Assembly: GCA_030390025.1 (NCBI GenBank)
Contig: CM059433.1
Coordinates: 16,866,001 to 16,930,000, forward strand
From: Squalus acanthias
Lineage: Eukaryota
DNA length: 64,000 nt
Reading direction: 5' to 3'
Shown: positions 23,179 to 35,254 of the stretch, in pieces
Layout: the number at the start of each line of letters is the position of its first letter
How positions within the stretch are numbered: the first letter of the stretch is position 1
Program-made: the position numbers and the translations under genes
The notes under the pieces: generated by a model
Database searches by the model: none
Told to the model about the DNA's origin: nothing
The model's input: only the letters and a program-made list of their open reading frames with translations

Positions 23179-23271
23179 AGACATGGTTATTGTACACTGG
23201 GAGAAGCTTTTAACCGCTTGGATTTTTCAAGTGCAATTCAAGACATTAGAAGATTCAACTACGTTGTTAAA
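23179..23271 (+). CDS. FBXO25: FBXO25 coding exon (93 bp)
   Basis: ttgtAG / GTaagt boundaries after an 88-bp intron. Reads [31 protein letters not shown]. Confidence 0.96.
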
Positions 23272-24845
23272 GTAAGTCATTTTCTTTGAACTGTGCTAAC
23301 ATCCTTGTAAAGAGCATATTTGTATTTGGAACAGAGCAAAGCACCCAAGTGATGGTGAGATCTCATTTTCATTCAGATTTTCTTGGTGTAGGCCTTTTAT
23401 TTTCAAGTACAGTAGTCATGAAATGCAGATTTGAAATTATTCATATCCAGTGACATAACTTGGATTGCAAAATTTGTGTAGATTAGCTTGGCTTGTTACC
23501 AAGAAGATTACATTACTATGACTAGTTTTTATAGTAAAAATAGTAAACATATGTATAAAGAACATGTTTTATTTCACTACAAAAAAGTGAACCATATATT
23601 TCCCTGATCATCTAATCCACTGTTTGCAATTTGTGTTCATTTTTAGTTTCGGTTTTCTAATTTAATTGCAAATTTCAGTTAATTATCATACTTTTTAACT
23701 AAGAACTCACAGCGGAGAAGTGAGCTTTAATTCTCCAGTTCTTCACTGTAACTCGGTAAATTTATCCTTATCGGGGACATTTGGCTTCACACATAATGAA
23801 GTTCAAAAGAATTTTGAGTTTCAGACAAAGCCATTCCATTGTGATTTGTGGTACAGTTAATGCTGTATGAGCTCACTGGAGTCGGTGTTTGTCTTTTTCA
23901 AGTTGATGTAAGCAGAGGGTACAGCACACTTAGATTTCTTTGTTGCTTTCTTTCTAAGCACTCATAGTCGGAGTGTTCCCATTTTTATAATGGCTCTATT
24001 GTCTGCTGAATGTAGGCCTTGGCATGTAACCCTATTCTTCAGCTCAGCTCAGTTGCACTGAGGACTGTTTATAACCAGTGTTATAAGCTGGTGTTATGGG
24101 AAAGCATATATACATAATAAATTGCGTTTTTTTTTCCTGTACCCCCAGAACAAACTGACTGAAATCAGTGTATAGAAGATTTGAAATGTGGCCTACACTA
24201 GTTGCATTTCATACGGTGTGCTTTGGTGAGAAGAGCTCATCCTAGGAGACTTCTTTTGACTTGAGATTTTTATATTCAGAATTCATATTGGCTGCTTCAT
24301 ATTGCTTTTGTGCAAAAGTTGCATTTTATTTGTAATCATTTGCAATACTTTAAGAGTGTCAGTTGAACTGACAAATATCATTTATCTGATCTCCTTTGTA
24401 CTATAAATTCAATATTCCAAATTAGTGATTACATAACCCAACCCCAGGCTTATTTCAAGGATAGGTCTTGTGCTGATTGTGAAGTAGTCTATAAAATCTG
24501 TCGGCAGATTTTTTTTCTTTCTCTTTCTCATCCCTCCGCCCTGCGGCCCCTCGCATTCAACTTAAATATTTGAAAAACAATTGCTCTTTCTAGGTTTTTT
24601 TTCTCCTCCATCTTAAATTTCCATTCTTTATTTTTAATTAATTGGTGAATAGTGCCATTATATTGTCACCAAGCTAGTCCTGCGTGTAACATTGGAGAAA
24701 TGCATTCACAACAACCACAGAGTTAATATAAATTGAATCATCCCTACCAGTGCTGATGAACATAAAATCATGGTACTACTGACAAAATCAAGTTATTAAA
24801 TATAGCAAACATTCAAGATCTGTCCTAGTATTTCATTGAGAGGTC

Positions 24846-24930
24846 GCACAACACCAGGTTATAGTCCAACAGTTTTATTTTAAATCACAAGCTTTCGGAG
24901 TTACAACTCCTTCGTCGGGTGAAGTGAGGA
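24846..24930 (-). mobile_element. Penelope-like element 3' end with a degenerate hammerhead ribozyme motif
   Basis: Minus strand reads CAC-CCGACGA-AGGAGTTGTAACTCC-GAAAGCTT-GTG followed by AATAAA. Confidence 0.6.
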
Positions 24931-25219
24931 GATACAGAATCGTCAAAGCATATATAGATAGAGAACAATGCATGTGTAACTTACAATTGCAGACAACTGA
25001 ATTCAATCATCCTGACTGTTTATCTGCCGAGGTGTGATAAAGTTAATCAGGTCAGCCAGGAAGGTACCACATCAAAGACATAGCAAGATACAACTGAGAC
25101 AATGAGGTGGAATCGCATGGGGTCTAACGTGTCAAAAGCTGCCGTCTGTATGTAAAACGATTAACTTTAAAAAAATTTACTTTTTTACTGACAGCAAAGA
25201 CTTTCCTTTAGAGCACCCA

Positions 25220-25570
25220 AAATGGCTCAGTGAGTGTATCCAGTGATTAGCTGAGCCATACAGACTGGGAAGCCCCCAAGTCCAATCCCTGATCTGTACA
25301 CAGTTAGCTGATCTCATTCAGGACGGCAGTAGGACGTTACAGTTGGCCTCGGTTTTCTGGGTTGGGGAGGAAAATTGGCTAGGGTTCCTGCTGCTAATAA
25401 CTATTCAGCAATCCCTGCTGGAACAGCGTTATGGTTGGTTGTATTTAGTTGAACAGCCTGGTTAATGTTCACATGAACAACAACCGCTTAGTCGAGGTAC
25501 AGGAAGGTGACTGGTATCCAGGGATTCATGCCCCAGCAATGAATCTGTGCCTTCAGAGGTGATGGGGAGA
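25220..25570 (+). mobile_element. Degenerate tRNA-like SINE (second family)
   Basis: TGGCTCAGTG head, then CTGAGCCATACAGAC...GTTAGCTGATCTCA...ACAGTTGGCCTC...GGGTTCCTGCT. Related segments recur at about 58540-58900, 60450-60520 and 63250-63540, and inverted at about 26830-26925. Confidence 0.5.
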
Positions 25571-25931
25571 AGTTAATGATCAAAGGAAGGAAAACAATTC
25601 TCCCTTGTCTGTCTTTCTCCTCTCCTTTGCTGAAGGTGAATGTTCTTATTGGAATAGAGTCCCACAGATGCCAACAGTGGTGCATCTCCCAAGTGGCCAT
25701 TTTTTCATGTGAAAAGACTGACAGTGAGTGTTGCAGTTGATTATGGGGGATATCTGATTCTATCTGTGGACACTGAGGACAATTTTAACCTAACCTATCT
25801 GTTGGGAAACAAGTCAATGGAGGCTAATATTGGGAGGGGTGTAAAACTAGAGTTCCACCCGATGGTTTCCTGCCCTCCATAGTTTGCAATAGGAGTCACT
25901 GGGTAACGATCGAGAGGGGATCTTGACACCA

Positions 25932-26800
25932 GGGGGGAAAAATTCGGTTGCTTTGCACCTCCTGTTAGCGCCCTAAGAGGGTGCTAATGGGGCGCAAAGC
26001 AACTAGCGCCCAGGCGCAGCGATGTTTGCACCGTTCGTGAAATTGACCAGACATTTTGCGGCAGCGCTAAACACTACCACCACGATCTCCTGCGCCCGCA
26101 GATTGTGACGTCAGTCGAGCGTGCAACGCCCCGGTAGCACCCCAGACCGGATATTGAGTGGCGCCCCCGCCTTACCGCCTGCCATTAGCAACAACAGGTT
26201 GAGGGGAGCGTTTTGCAGTTTAGGAAGGGACTGGGGGAGCGCTATTTAAAGGCGACTGCTTCCTGCCTTTTTTTGTCGTCGACATTTTTGCACCACGCAT
26301 TCTGAGAGAGAGAGACTTCTGGAGAGATTCAACACTGTGTGAAGGAGTTTTGGGTACTGAGCAGCACTTTGCAGGTTCATTTTGATTTGACCTTCCTTGC
26401 ATCGATTTAGAAGAGACTTTGGGGGCTGCACTCTGAGCTCTTTCCCTGGGCCTCTCCATTGTTCTTTCCAGCAGATTTGATGTACAGGTCTCTCCAGGCC
26501 GAGATTCAAGGCTGCAATGAGCAGGGTGTGGATGGAGAGCAAGATCGACCCTCCCCTTTAAGAACTGGCCGGCGCCATTGTGTCTGTGTTCCATTGCTGA
26601 CTGACATCACCTGAGCTTCGCCAGTGCTCTGAGGTAGCGCCTTAAGAAAAGTGTGTAGCACCTGATTTAGCGCTCCAATCACCTCCAGGGGCAATAGAAG
26701 CCAAGTTTGCAGTCGGAGGTGATAATTAGCGCCAGGCGCTAAACTTTGCGCCCGGCCGATAATTGCGCCCCAAACGGGGCGATACCGAATTTCTCCCCCC
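25932..26800. mobile_element. Non-autonomous Harbinger-like MITE
   Basis: Terminal inverted repeats GGGGGGAAAAATTCGGT and ACCGAATTTCTCCCCCC (1 mismatch in 17). Multiple AGCGCC/GGCGCT motifs. Left end shared with 31223-31300. Confidence 0.75.
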
Positions 26801-27393
26801 AACTGTTTTGACTCTAAAGCTGTCCTCACTGAGACACGTTAACAGCACAGATCAGAGATCAATCTTGGGACCTTCCTAGTGTGTATCGCTCAGTATCCGT
26901 GTACATGGTGCATTTATCTACTGAGGGAGCCTGTTGGAGATGAGGCTTTCTCCCAACACTTCTAAATTGTGCTAAAACGCAGAAAGCAGCAGCTGGTCAG
27001 CAGGCAGGAGTGCAATATCAGCTGCAAAAGGCTGTCGCCAAGGACCGAACAAACAATCGCTGGCACTTGGGTAAATGGGGCCGAGTAGAGAACTTCCGGG
27101 CCGACAACGAAAGTTTTTCAAAAAATATACTTCTTTCTGGGCCTCTTATGTCCTCATCTCTCTTCCCACAAGGTTGACCTGACTGCAAAGCTACAATTGC
27201 TTTACCGCTCAGGTCCATGCTTAAAATAGTCGTCGATAACATCATTGTAACCCAATTTGCATATTTAATGAAGGATCATGCCAATTTTAGAAGAGCAGGT
27301 TAAAATCAAAACCTTTGGGTGAGTCTCCCAAACTTTTTTTTTAACTGCCCACTTGCCTGGTTTCTATCAGGTAGGCAGGGTTAAAATCATCCA

Positions 27394-28818
27394 ACGATAA
27401 CAACTTGCAATTATATTGCTCCTTTAACGTAGCAAAACGTCCCAAGGCACTTAACAAGAGCAATATCAATAAAAACATATTTGACACCGAAGGAGATATC
27501 TGGACAGATGACCAAAAGCTTGGTCAAAGAGGTAGGTTTTAAGGCGCATCTTGAAGGAGAGAGAGAGGTAGAGAGGCTGAGAGGTTATGGGAAGGAATTC
27601 CAGAGCTTTGGGCCAAGGCAGCTGAAAGCACGGCTGCCAATGGTGGGAGGATTAAAATCGGGGATGCGCAAGAGTCCAGAATTGGAAGAGCATAGATCTC
27701 AAAGGCTTGTAGGCCTGGAGGAGGTTAGAGATGGGAAGGTGAGGCCATGGACGGATTTGAAAACAAGGATGAGGATTTTAAAACTGAAGTGTTGTCGGAC
27801 CGGGAGCCAATGAAGGTCAGTAATCACAGGGGTGATGGGTGAACATACAGGCAGCAGAGTTTTTTTGATGAGCACAAGTTTATGTAGGGTGGAAGATGGG
27901 AGGCTGGCCAAGAGAGCATTAGAATAGTCAAGTCTAGAGGTAATAAAGGCATGGATGAGGGTTTCAACAGCAGATGAGCTGAGGCAGGGTTGGAGCCGGG
28001 CGATGTTACGGAGGTGGAAGTAGGCAGTCCTGGTGATGGAGCGGATATGGTCGGAAGCTCATCTCGGGGGTCAAACACAACACTAAGGTTGCGAACGGTC
28101 TGACTCCGCTTCAGACAGTTGCCAGGGATGGCCAGGGAACGGAGTTTGTGGCAGAGGCCAAAGACAATAGCTTCAGCCTTCCCAATATTTAGTTGGAGGA
28201 AATCTTTGCTCATCCAATATTGGTTGTCGGACAAGCAGTGTGACAAATCAGAGAGAGTGGAGTGGTCCAGAGCAGTGGTGATGAGATAGAGCTGAGTGTC
28301 GTCGGCGTACATGTGGAACCTGATGTTGTTGCGTTTTCGGATGATATCGCCGAAGGGTAGCATGGAGATAAGAAATAGAATGGGGCCAAGGATAGAACCT
28401 TGGAACTCCAGAGGTAACGGTGCGGGAGTGGGACGAGAAGCCATTGCAGGTGATTCTCTGGCTACGATTGGTAGACAAGAATGGAACTAAGCAAGGGCAG
28501 TTCCACATAGCTGGACGACGGGGGAGAGGGGTTAGAGGAGGATGGTGTGGTCAACTGTGTTGAAGGTTGCAGATAGGTCGAGAAGGATGAGGAGGGATAG
28601 TTCATCATGGTCACAGTCACAAAGAATGTCATTTGTGACTTTGGTAGGGGCCGTTTCAGTACTGTGGCCGGGCTGGAAACCTGAATGGAGGGATTCAAGC
28701 ATGGAGTTGCGGGAAAGATTGGCACAAATTTGGGAGGTGACAACACGTTCAAGGACTTTGAAGAGGAAAGGGAGGTTGGAGATGGGCAGTAGTTTGCAAG
28801 GACAGAGGGGTCAAATGT
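27394..28818 (-). mobile_element. L2 LINE fragment
   Basis: QGSILGPILFLISM, HMYADDTQLY and FLQLNIGKAEAIVFG motifs. L2 tail at about 27400. Confidence 0.88.
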
Positions 28819-28920
28819 TGGATGATAAATTGCAGGGTCCATGGCTTTTACAGTTTGCATGGTGCTCCAAGCTATGAATTTGTTATATAGTGGCATACTT
28901 CAGTGAATAATTTTCAAGGT

Positions 28921-29182
28921 TTAGAATCCTAGAATGATGCAGCACGGAAGGAGGTCATTCAGCCCATCGTGCCTGTGCTGGCTCTTAAGAACTACCCAAT
29001 TTGTCCCATAACCCTGCAATTTTTTTTCCCTTCAGGTATTTATCCAGTTCGCTTTTGACAGTTACTATTGAATCTCCTTCTACCACCCTTTCAGACAGTG
29101 CATTCTACAACTACTTTGCTGCATAAAATATTTCTCCTCATCTTGCCTCTGGTTCTTTTGCCAATTACCTTAAATCTGTGTT
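28921..29182 (-). mobile_element. CR1 3' fragment
   Basis: Reverse complement of the CR1 tail at 5760-6036. Confidence 0.75.
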
Positions 29183-29496
29183 TTTTTAACCTATTTGTAC
29201 ATTAAATTTAAGTTAAGCTGATGAGGTGTAAATAGAACGTAGGAGTGGTCAAATGTATTATGGGTATACTCTTAGCAGTGGAAGATCAAATCTGAATGAT
29301 ATTTAGCCTAATAACCAGATGTATGGCTGGGATATATATGCTGTAGCTACCCTATCAAAAGTTTTGTACTTCTTCATTTGACATCTTCACATATAAAACG
29401 TGCTTGCATAGTCTCTTTTAAAGTACAATGCTGTTAATTGCCACATCTGCCAAGGGTTCTTGACTTCAAAAAAAAAACAGTGCTGCCTTCAAAGTA

Positions 29497-30349
29497 CAGT
29501 AAACTCTTTCGTATCCGGCACCTACGGGACCGGGATGGTGCCGGTTGATTAAAAATTCCGGATAACGGAGAGGTATACCTACCAAGGCAATTTATATATC
29601 GGCCGACCTCAGACCAGAAGAAGGGACGTGGAGTGACAATGGCCCAAGGTACGAGAGCCCCGTTACACAGCCACAGGTGCAGGAACCCCGGTTACACGGT
29701 CACAGGTGCAGGATCCCCGGTTGAACGGCCACAGGTGCAGGATCCCCGGTTGCACGGCCACAGGTCCAGGAGCCCCTGTTACACAGCCACAGGTACAGGA
29801 GCCCCTGTTACACAGCCACAGGTGCAGGATCCCCGGTTGCACGGCCACAGGTCCAGGAGCCCCGGTTACACAGCCACAGGTGCAGGATCCCCGGTTGCAC
29901 GGCCACAGGTCCAGGAGCCCCGGTTACACAGCCACAGGTGCAGGAGCCCCGGTTACACGGCCACAGATCCAGGAGTCCCGGTTACACGGCCACAAGTGCT
30001 GGAGCCCCGGTTACACGGCCACAGGTACAGGGGACCCGGTTACACAACCAGAGGTGCAAGAGCCATGGTTACACGGCAAAAGGTACGAGAACCCCGGTTA
30101 CACAGCTACAAATATACAGTAAAACTTACCTTTGGGTTCCTCTTTGGCTGGACGGCCAGCTGATACTGTGCGGGGAAGATTGCAGCGCCCACAGTGATGG
30201 CGGGAACAAGTGGTAAGTCATTCCCCACCATTTTCGGGACACTACTGCCCCGTTCCTTCTGGGGCGGAAGCCTCAAAACCTACTCCTGAATTTTGCCGGT
30301 TATTAAAGAATTCCGGATGATTAAGTGCCATTTAAACAAGAGTTTACTG
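29497..30349. mobile_element. Tc1/mariner (pogo/Tigger-like) MITE containing a minisatellite
   Basis: Perfect 12-bp TIRs CAGTAAACTCTT and AAGAGTTTACTG. TA duplication at 29495-29496 and 30350-30351. Confidence 0.85.
29642..30113. repeat. 29-bp minisatellite, about 16 copies
   Basis: Unit approximately CCACAGGTGCAGGAGCCCCGGTTACACGG. Unit starts at 29671, 29700 and 29729 give the period. Confidence 0.92.
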
Positions 30350-31222
30350 TATGTTGAATATGCTACAAGACAGAATAGATCAGATGCATCAATAGAATGA
30401 AATCTTTTTCTTATTCTGATTTTGCCTCCATTCAGAATATGCTCCACTTGGCATCCCAATGATTATGATCAAAATAAATTGGCTCGGGTTTTTCCATACT
30501 TTCCATTATGTGTTAGTGCTAATGATATTATGATATATCCTTCACTTTCAGCATTTACCAGGGCATTGGCAAGCCTGCATGAGGTAGCTCATCCAATTGC
30601 TGCCACCTGGTATTAATTATATTATCACTTTTGTTTGGTATAGGTGGAATTAGTCATAACTTCACTTTGCATCTATTTGTGGCCAAGCAGGATGAGATCA
30701 ATATCAATGGCTAGATCTTGAAGACCATCAAGAGAGTAGTACCCTCTATATTTTCAAATATAATCTTTTATGATTTTGCAGAGAAGTCCAGCTGAATAAT
30801 CTGGAGGATCTTCAGTTGGTGCATACACTGGCCACTGAGAGAATTTATCATCTATGGAGATCAATTAGCTAACTTTACTCCCATTATTTTCTGATATCCA
30901 GGAAGTTTAGAAGATAGGAATCCATCTTGGGTCTTGGAACACTGAAAATGTATAGCTTGCAAAATACGAAGACATTGAAGGGTTCCAGTGATAAACCATT
31001 CAAATTTTGACTTGAGGCTTTTCAATGTCTTGAAACCCTCTTGTCTGTGTGTCTTTATATAATCAGGTTATGAACTTCAGTATTGAAATTGAGTGGAAAG
31101 TTCTTGGACACCATGCAATCATGACTATCACATAATTCAAACTGCAGTGCTGCTGTACCAGATGATACATGCTGCAGTTGTATGGATTTTTTTTTAAACA
31201 GACTGCTACAGGAAAACAATTT

Positions 31223-31952
31223 GGCCTAAAAATTCGATTACTTTGCGCCTCCCGTTAGCGCCCTAAGAGGGCGCTAACGGGGCGCAAAGCAACTAGTGCC
31301 TGGGCGCGGTTAGTGGCGGTGGTAACCGTTAGTGCCCCGCGGAGCTGTGCCGCCGGCGATGACGTCATCGCCGTGCACAGCACCCCGGCCGCAATCTTCG
31401 GTAGCGCCCCCTGACTTACCGCCGGACGCTATGTCCGACGGGGTCAGGGGGGCCTACCTGCGGCCGGGGCGGCGCTAATTAAAGGGGAGGTGCCAGGCAG
31501 CCATTTTTGTTGCTGGCCGCCTGCCAACACCTGCCCCCTCTGCTGTCCCCGGCCTCCTCTGCAGCCCCCCCCCCGCGCGGCGTGCTGACTGCGCTCTGTG
31601 AGCCTGGCACTTTTCTTGAGTGCCGGGCTCTTTTGCTGGCACTCCAATCCCTGGTGACCCAGCTGGGGCCTGGGTCGCGCTGCGCTAGGCCCCTCCCCTT
31701 TAAGAAGGGGAGGAAGGCCTGCAGTACCGTGGCGCGACATGCTGCAGCGCATGGCGCTGCGGCACGTCGCGCCGCGATATTCACTTGCAGTGCCCCAAGA
31801 GGGAGGTGAGGCGCTTCCAGTAGCACCCCGCTTCCCTCTTGGGGCGCTACCGGTGAATTTTGGCCGCGGGGGCTGCTAATTTTTTCGTTGTGCTAAAAGT
31901 AGCGCCCTGGCGAAGTTAGCGCCCCAAAGGGGGCGCGACTCAATTTTCCCCC
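31223..31952. mobile_element. CpG-rich Harbinger-like MITE
   Basis: Imperfect TIRs GGCCTAAAAATT and AATTTTCCCCC, flanked by TTT on both sides. The left 75 bp closely match 25940-26010. Confidence 0.7.
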
Positions 31953-32430
31953 TTTATCTCCAGTAAAATACGCCTACTGGTGATATAAGGAAGTGCATAA
32001 GCATTTGCCCTTCAAGCTTGGCACCATCGTCTTCCCAACATAATCTAACCACTCCCCTTTATTTCTCCTATCTTTACCTTTGTGTATGTCACCACTTAAA
32101 AACACTATTACTATCAATACCTCCAAGCACCATTAGTCTTTTCTTGAACCGATATTGTTGGGATATGTATTCTATAATTCTTGTTGGGATATATATTAAT
32201 TCTTTGTACCAGTAATTTCAATGCGCCAAGAGTGAACTTTGAGGAGGAAGGAACTTTTTTGTATTTGAATTTTACTATTTAATTTTTATTTTAACTCATA
32301 CTTTGGCTATTACAACTGTACAATTCAATTATACACTCTTGATGAATCGTTTGTTTGAAGATCTGTAGTGAAGAGGCATTCATTTTACTATACTAAAGAT
32401 TCATGATTGTAAAACTTTTTAACTCCACAG

Positions 32431-32524
32431 CTTCTGCAGCTTATAGCAAACTCACAGTTAACCTCTTTAAGTGGAGCTGCACAGAAGAACTACTTCAATA
32501 TTTTGGAAAAGATTGTTCGGAAAG
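32431..32524 (+). CDS. FBXO25: FBXO25 coding exon (94 bp)
   Basis: ccacAG / GTaaac boundaries. Reads [31 protein letters not shown]. Confidence 0.96.
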
Positions 32525-32809
32525 GTAAACTTTATACAACCCTATAATATGCCAATAATTAAAACATGCTTCTCTGAGTAGCAATGTAAAGAGATCTATA
32601 CTAATTTCCTCCTTCCCAAGAAATTCATTCTAACTATAGTTGTTTCAGTTGTCATAGAGTAATTTGTTTTGTCTTTAGATATTCAGAAATCTTAAACCTA
32701 GTAACATACTACACAAGATTAGTGTCCTTCACAGTGTAAACTTCACTTATTTATCTTAGAGACTGCAGAATTTTCACGTAGAGCAGTGTTGCAGCATGCT
32801 GGGTATTTA

Positions 32810-32938
32810 GAAAGACTTGCATTTATATTAGCACCTTCCACGACTTCGGGACGTCCCAAAGTGCTTTACTGCCAATTAAGTACTTTTGAAGTGTCGTCAC
32901 TGTTGTAATGTAGGAAATGCAGTAGCCAATTTGCACAA
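32810..32938 (-). mobile_element. 3' tail of the Deu-domain SINE
   Basis: Reverse complement of about 6555-6685. Confidence 0.75.
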
Positions 32939-35254
32939 GTTTACTGTGAATTCCCAGGTTGAAATGCAAGCAATGGCTGGCAAAGCTACTTAGTGTGCAC
33001 TTTCCTGTTGGTTACAATGGTGTCCTCACAATCGTCTTTCTCTTTCACAGTACACATATCCTATTAATTTGTAGAAAGTATGTTACTCACTTCTATAAAA
33101 TCTTGATAAATCCAGACATAGCTTTGTAAAAGGAATGGCATCTCCAAATTGGCCTGCACTGACTTTAGTTATTGGTCTGAGGTTGGACCAATGTGGAGTC
33201 CCTCCCAAGGAGAAATAGGCATATGGGCTCAATACCAGTGTGCCATGCTTCTTTCTCTTAAAGGCCATGGTTCCATCTCTTTAGTAGTTTTTCCTAAGTT
33301 TATTGCATAGCAAATAGCAGAAGAAGTTACAACTTGGAAATATAAAAGGTGGGGTGAGGAGAGAAAGCTAGGGTTGGCAACTGTGGTTGAACATATTCCT
33401 GGAGGTTTGATCATGTGATACTTGATCATGTGATATTTTAAAACACTCGTGCACCACTGGAATTTCCAAACTTTGTTCACTTTGCCTAACAAAATACTCT
33501 GCAGTGGGGAAGAGTGGAACTGGCAAGCACAGTTTCCACCACATACCAGTCGCGGGTTGGTTAGACAGGAGATGAGGATAGGTTTTTTTTCCATTTGAAT
33601 TGCAGAAAGCACAAGTAATTTCCTTGTTGCTGGTCCCGCAGGATGCCTTTGTGAACACATTCACGTACTCCTGAATCATTCTATCTTCTGATCAGCGAAC
33701 AACAGGGAACATTAGTTTGCATTACTGTACCAACGAAGAGAAATGACCCCATTTTATAGCTATTAATTCCTTTAATATGCATATAGCTTTCAATGCTTAA
33801 GAAAAACTCTATATTCCTCTGCAAGTGAAAGATGATCGGAGTGAAATTGTGAAAGGCAGAGGACAGGTAAGTATTTCCAGTGGTGGGGTGGGACTAGACA
33901 CGAGGAAATTCCAGCAGAGAGTGGCTGAAACTGAAAATGGACAGTGTCTTGAGTGCCAGGATGGGGTGGGAATTGAGAGCCATGAAGGCGTGCAGTCGTG
34001 AACTACACATACAAAGTGCTTCTCTTCTGGGTGTGCCTGTAGCAGCGTCCAGAAGATCAAACTTCAATTTCTGGAGACTCCTGGGCAATCAGTGAGGAGT
34101 GGCAACCCTAGTGTCAGCACAGTATGTAGCCACACATTAGTTTTTGTTTTCCCTTTTATTTTTCTAAGCTGGCTCCTGCATAGCAGCTAAGGTAAGTTGG
34201 CAGATGTGGTTGGGGCTTCAGCAGACATTTTTCCCCTACCTGCTTCCTGGGCCTCTGGCAGATATTTATTTTCTTCCTGCCTGCTTATAATTCACAAACT
34301 AGCAAGTCATATTCATCCAGTGCTCAATACAATACTTAAAAGTTGTAGTCTGCTGTATTGTTAATTTAGTCTCTTCATGAGGAATTATCCAATTATTACC
34401 ATAGGCTTTATCTGAGGAAAATTGAGATGATTTCATTCAATGTGATGACAGTTAAGAGTACCTAATCCACGCAAACAAATGTAAGCACTGAAGTAAAATT
34501 CTTGTCATTATCTGGATATACCAAAAAAATTAGTTTCACAGATTACTTTGTACAAATTACTTTTCACATCCAGATATAACTTGCCTTTTTGGATGCATTC
34601 TGAGTAGACTTCTGCATAAAAGACAACTGGTGTATCTGACTTTTGTGTAGGTTTTAGGTTTGTTAATGTGGTAGTGAAAGCCTACTAATAAATCAAAGTA
34701 GCTGATTGTGTTTATTTCCTCCTCCTCTTCCCCTGTAAATATGTCAATCTTTAGTATTGTTGTGATTTGTGGATTTTGATTTGTCAGAAGTAATTGTTGA
34801 ATGCTGTTTGCATCCATTTAGGTCCTTACCTCATGAGTTCTTAATACGAATGTATGGCCACCTATTTCTACTTACTGATTATCTGATGTGCTGTCCTATT
34901 AAAATGGTGACAATACTTGTAAAAGTGCAGCTTCCATATGTTGCCATACCAAATCATGTTTATTGGAAGCATTCTTTAAATATGTGGTGTCTCTAAAAGT
35001 AAAACACCTGAGGAATACTTAGGAATTTTAACCCTATGATCAGTAAACCCTTACATGGGCAATTGGATAATCAAAGCACACATCTTATTCTAATTTAGAA
35101 TTCTAACTACTCTAATATGAAACTTTGAGGATTGAAGACAAATGATTGGCAGTGTTAAACACTGTGGTACGTTTCATGCTATGAGTCATTTTTTCCCCTT
35201 TGACACATCTCAAAAACACTTTGAAGTTGGATAGAACTCTATTTTAAATTAAAA

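Noticed and set aside
24754..24783. Intronic C/D box snoRNA (TGATGA ... CTGA)
   Set aside because: The boxes are only about 20 nt apart and there is no terminal stem.
29642..30113. CRISPR-like array or repeat-protein gene (ORFs of 176, 138 and 92 aa)
   Set aside because: Units are head-to-tail with no unique spacers and there are no cas genes. The ORFs arise because the 29-bp unit has no stop codon.
31223..31952. CpG-island promoter of a host gene
   Set aside because: It is bounded by TIR-like ends and shares its left end with another MITE in the window.
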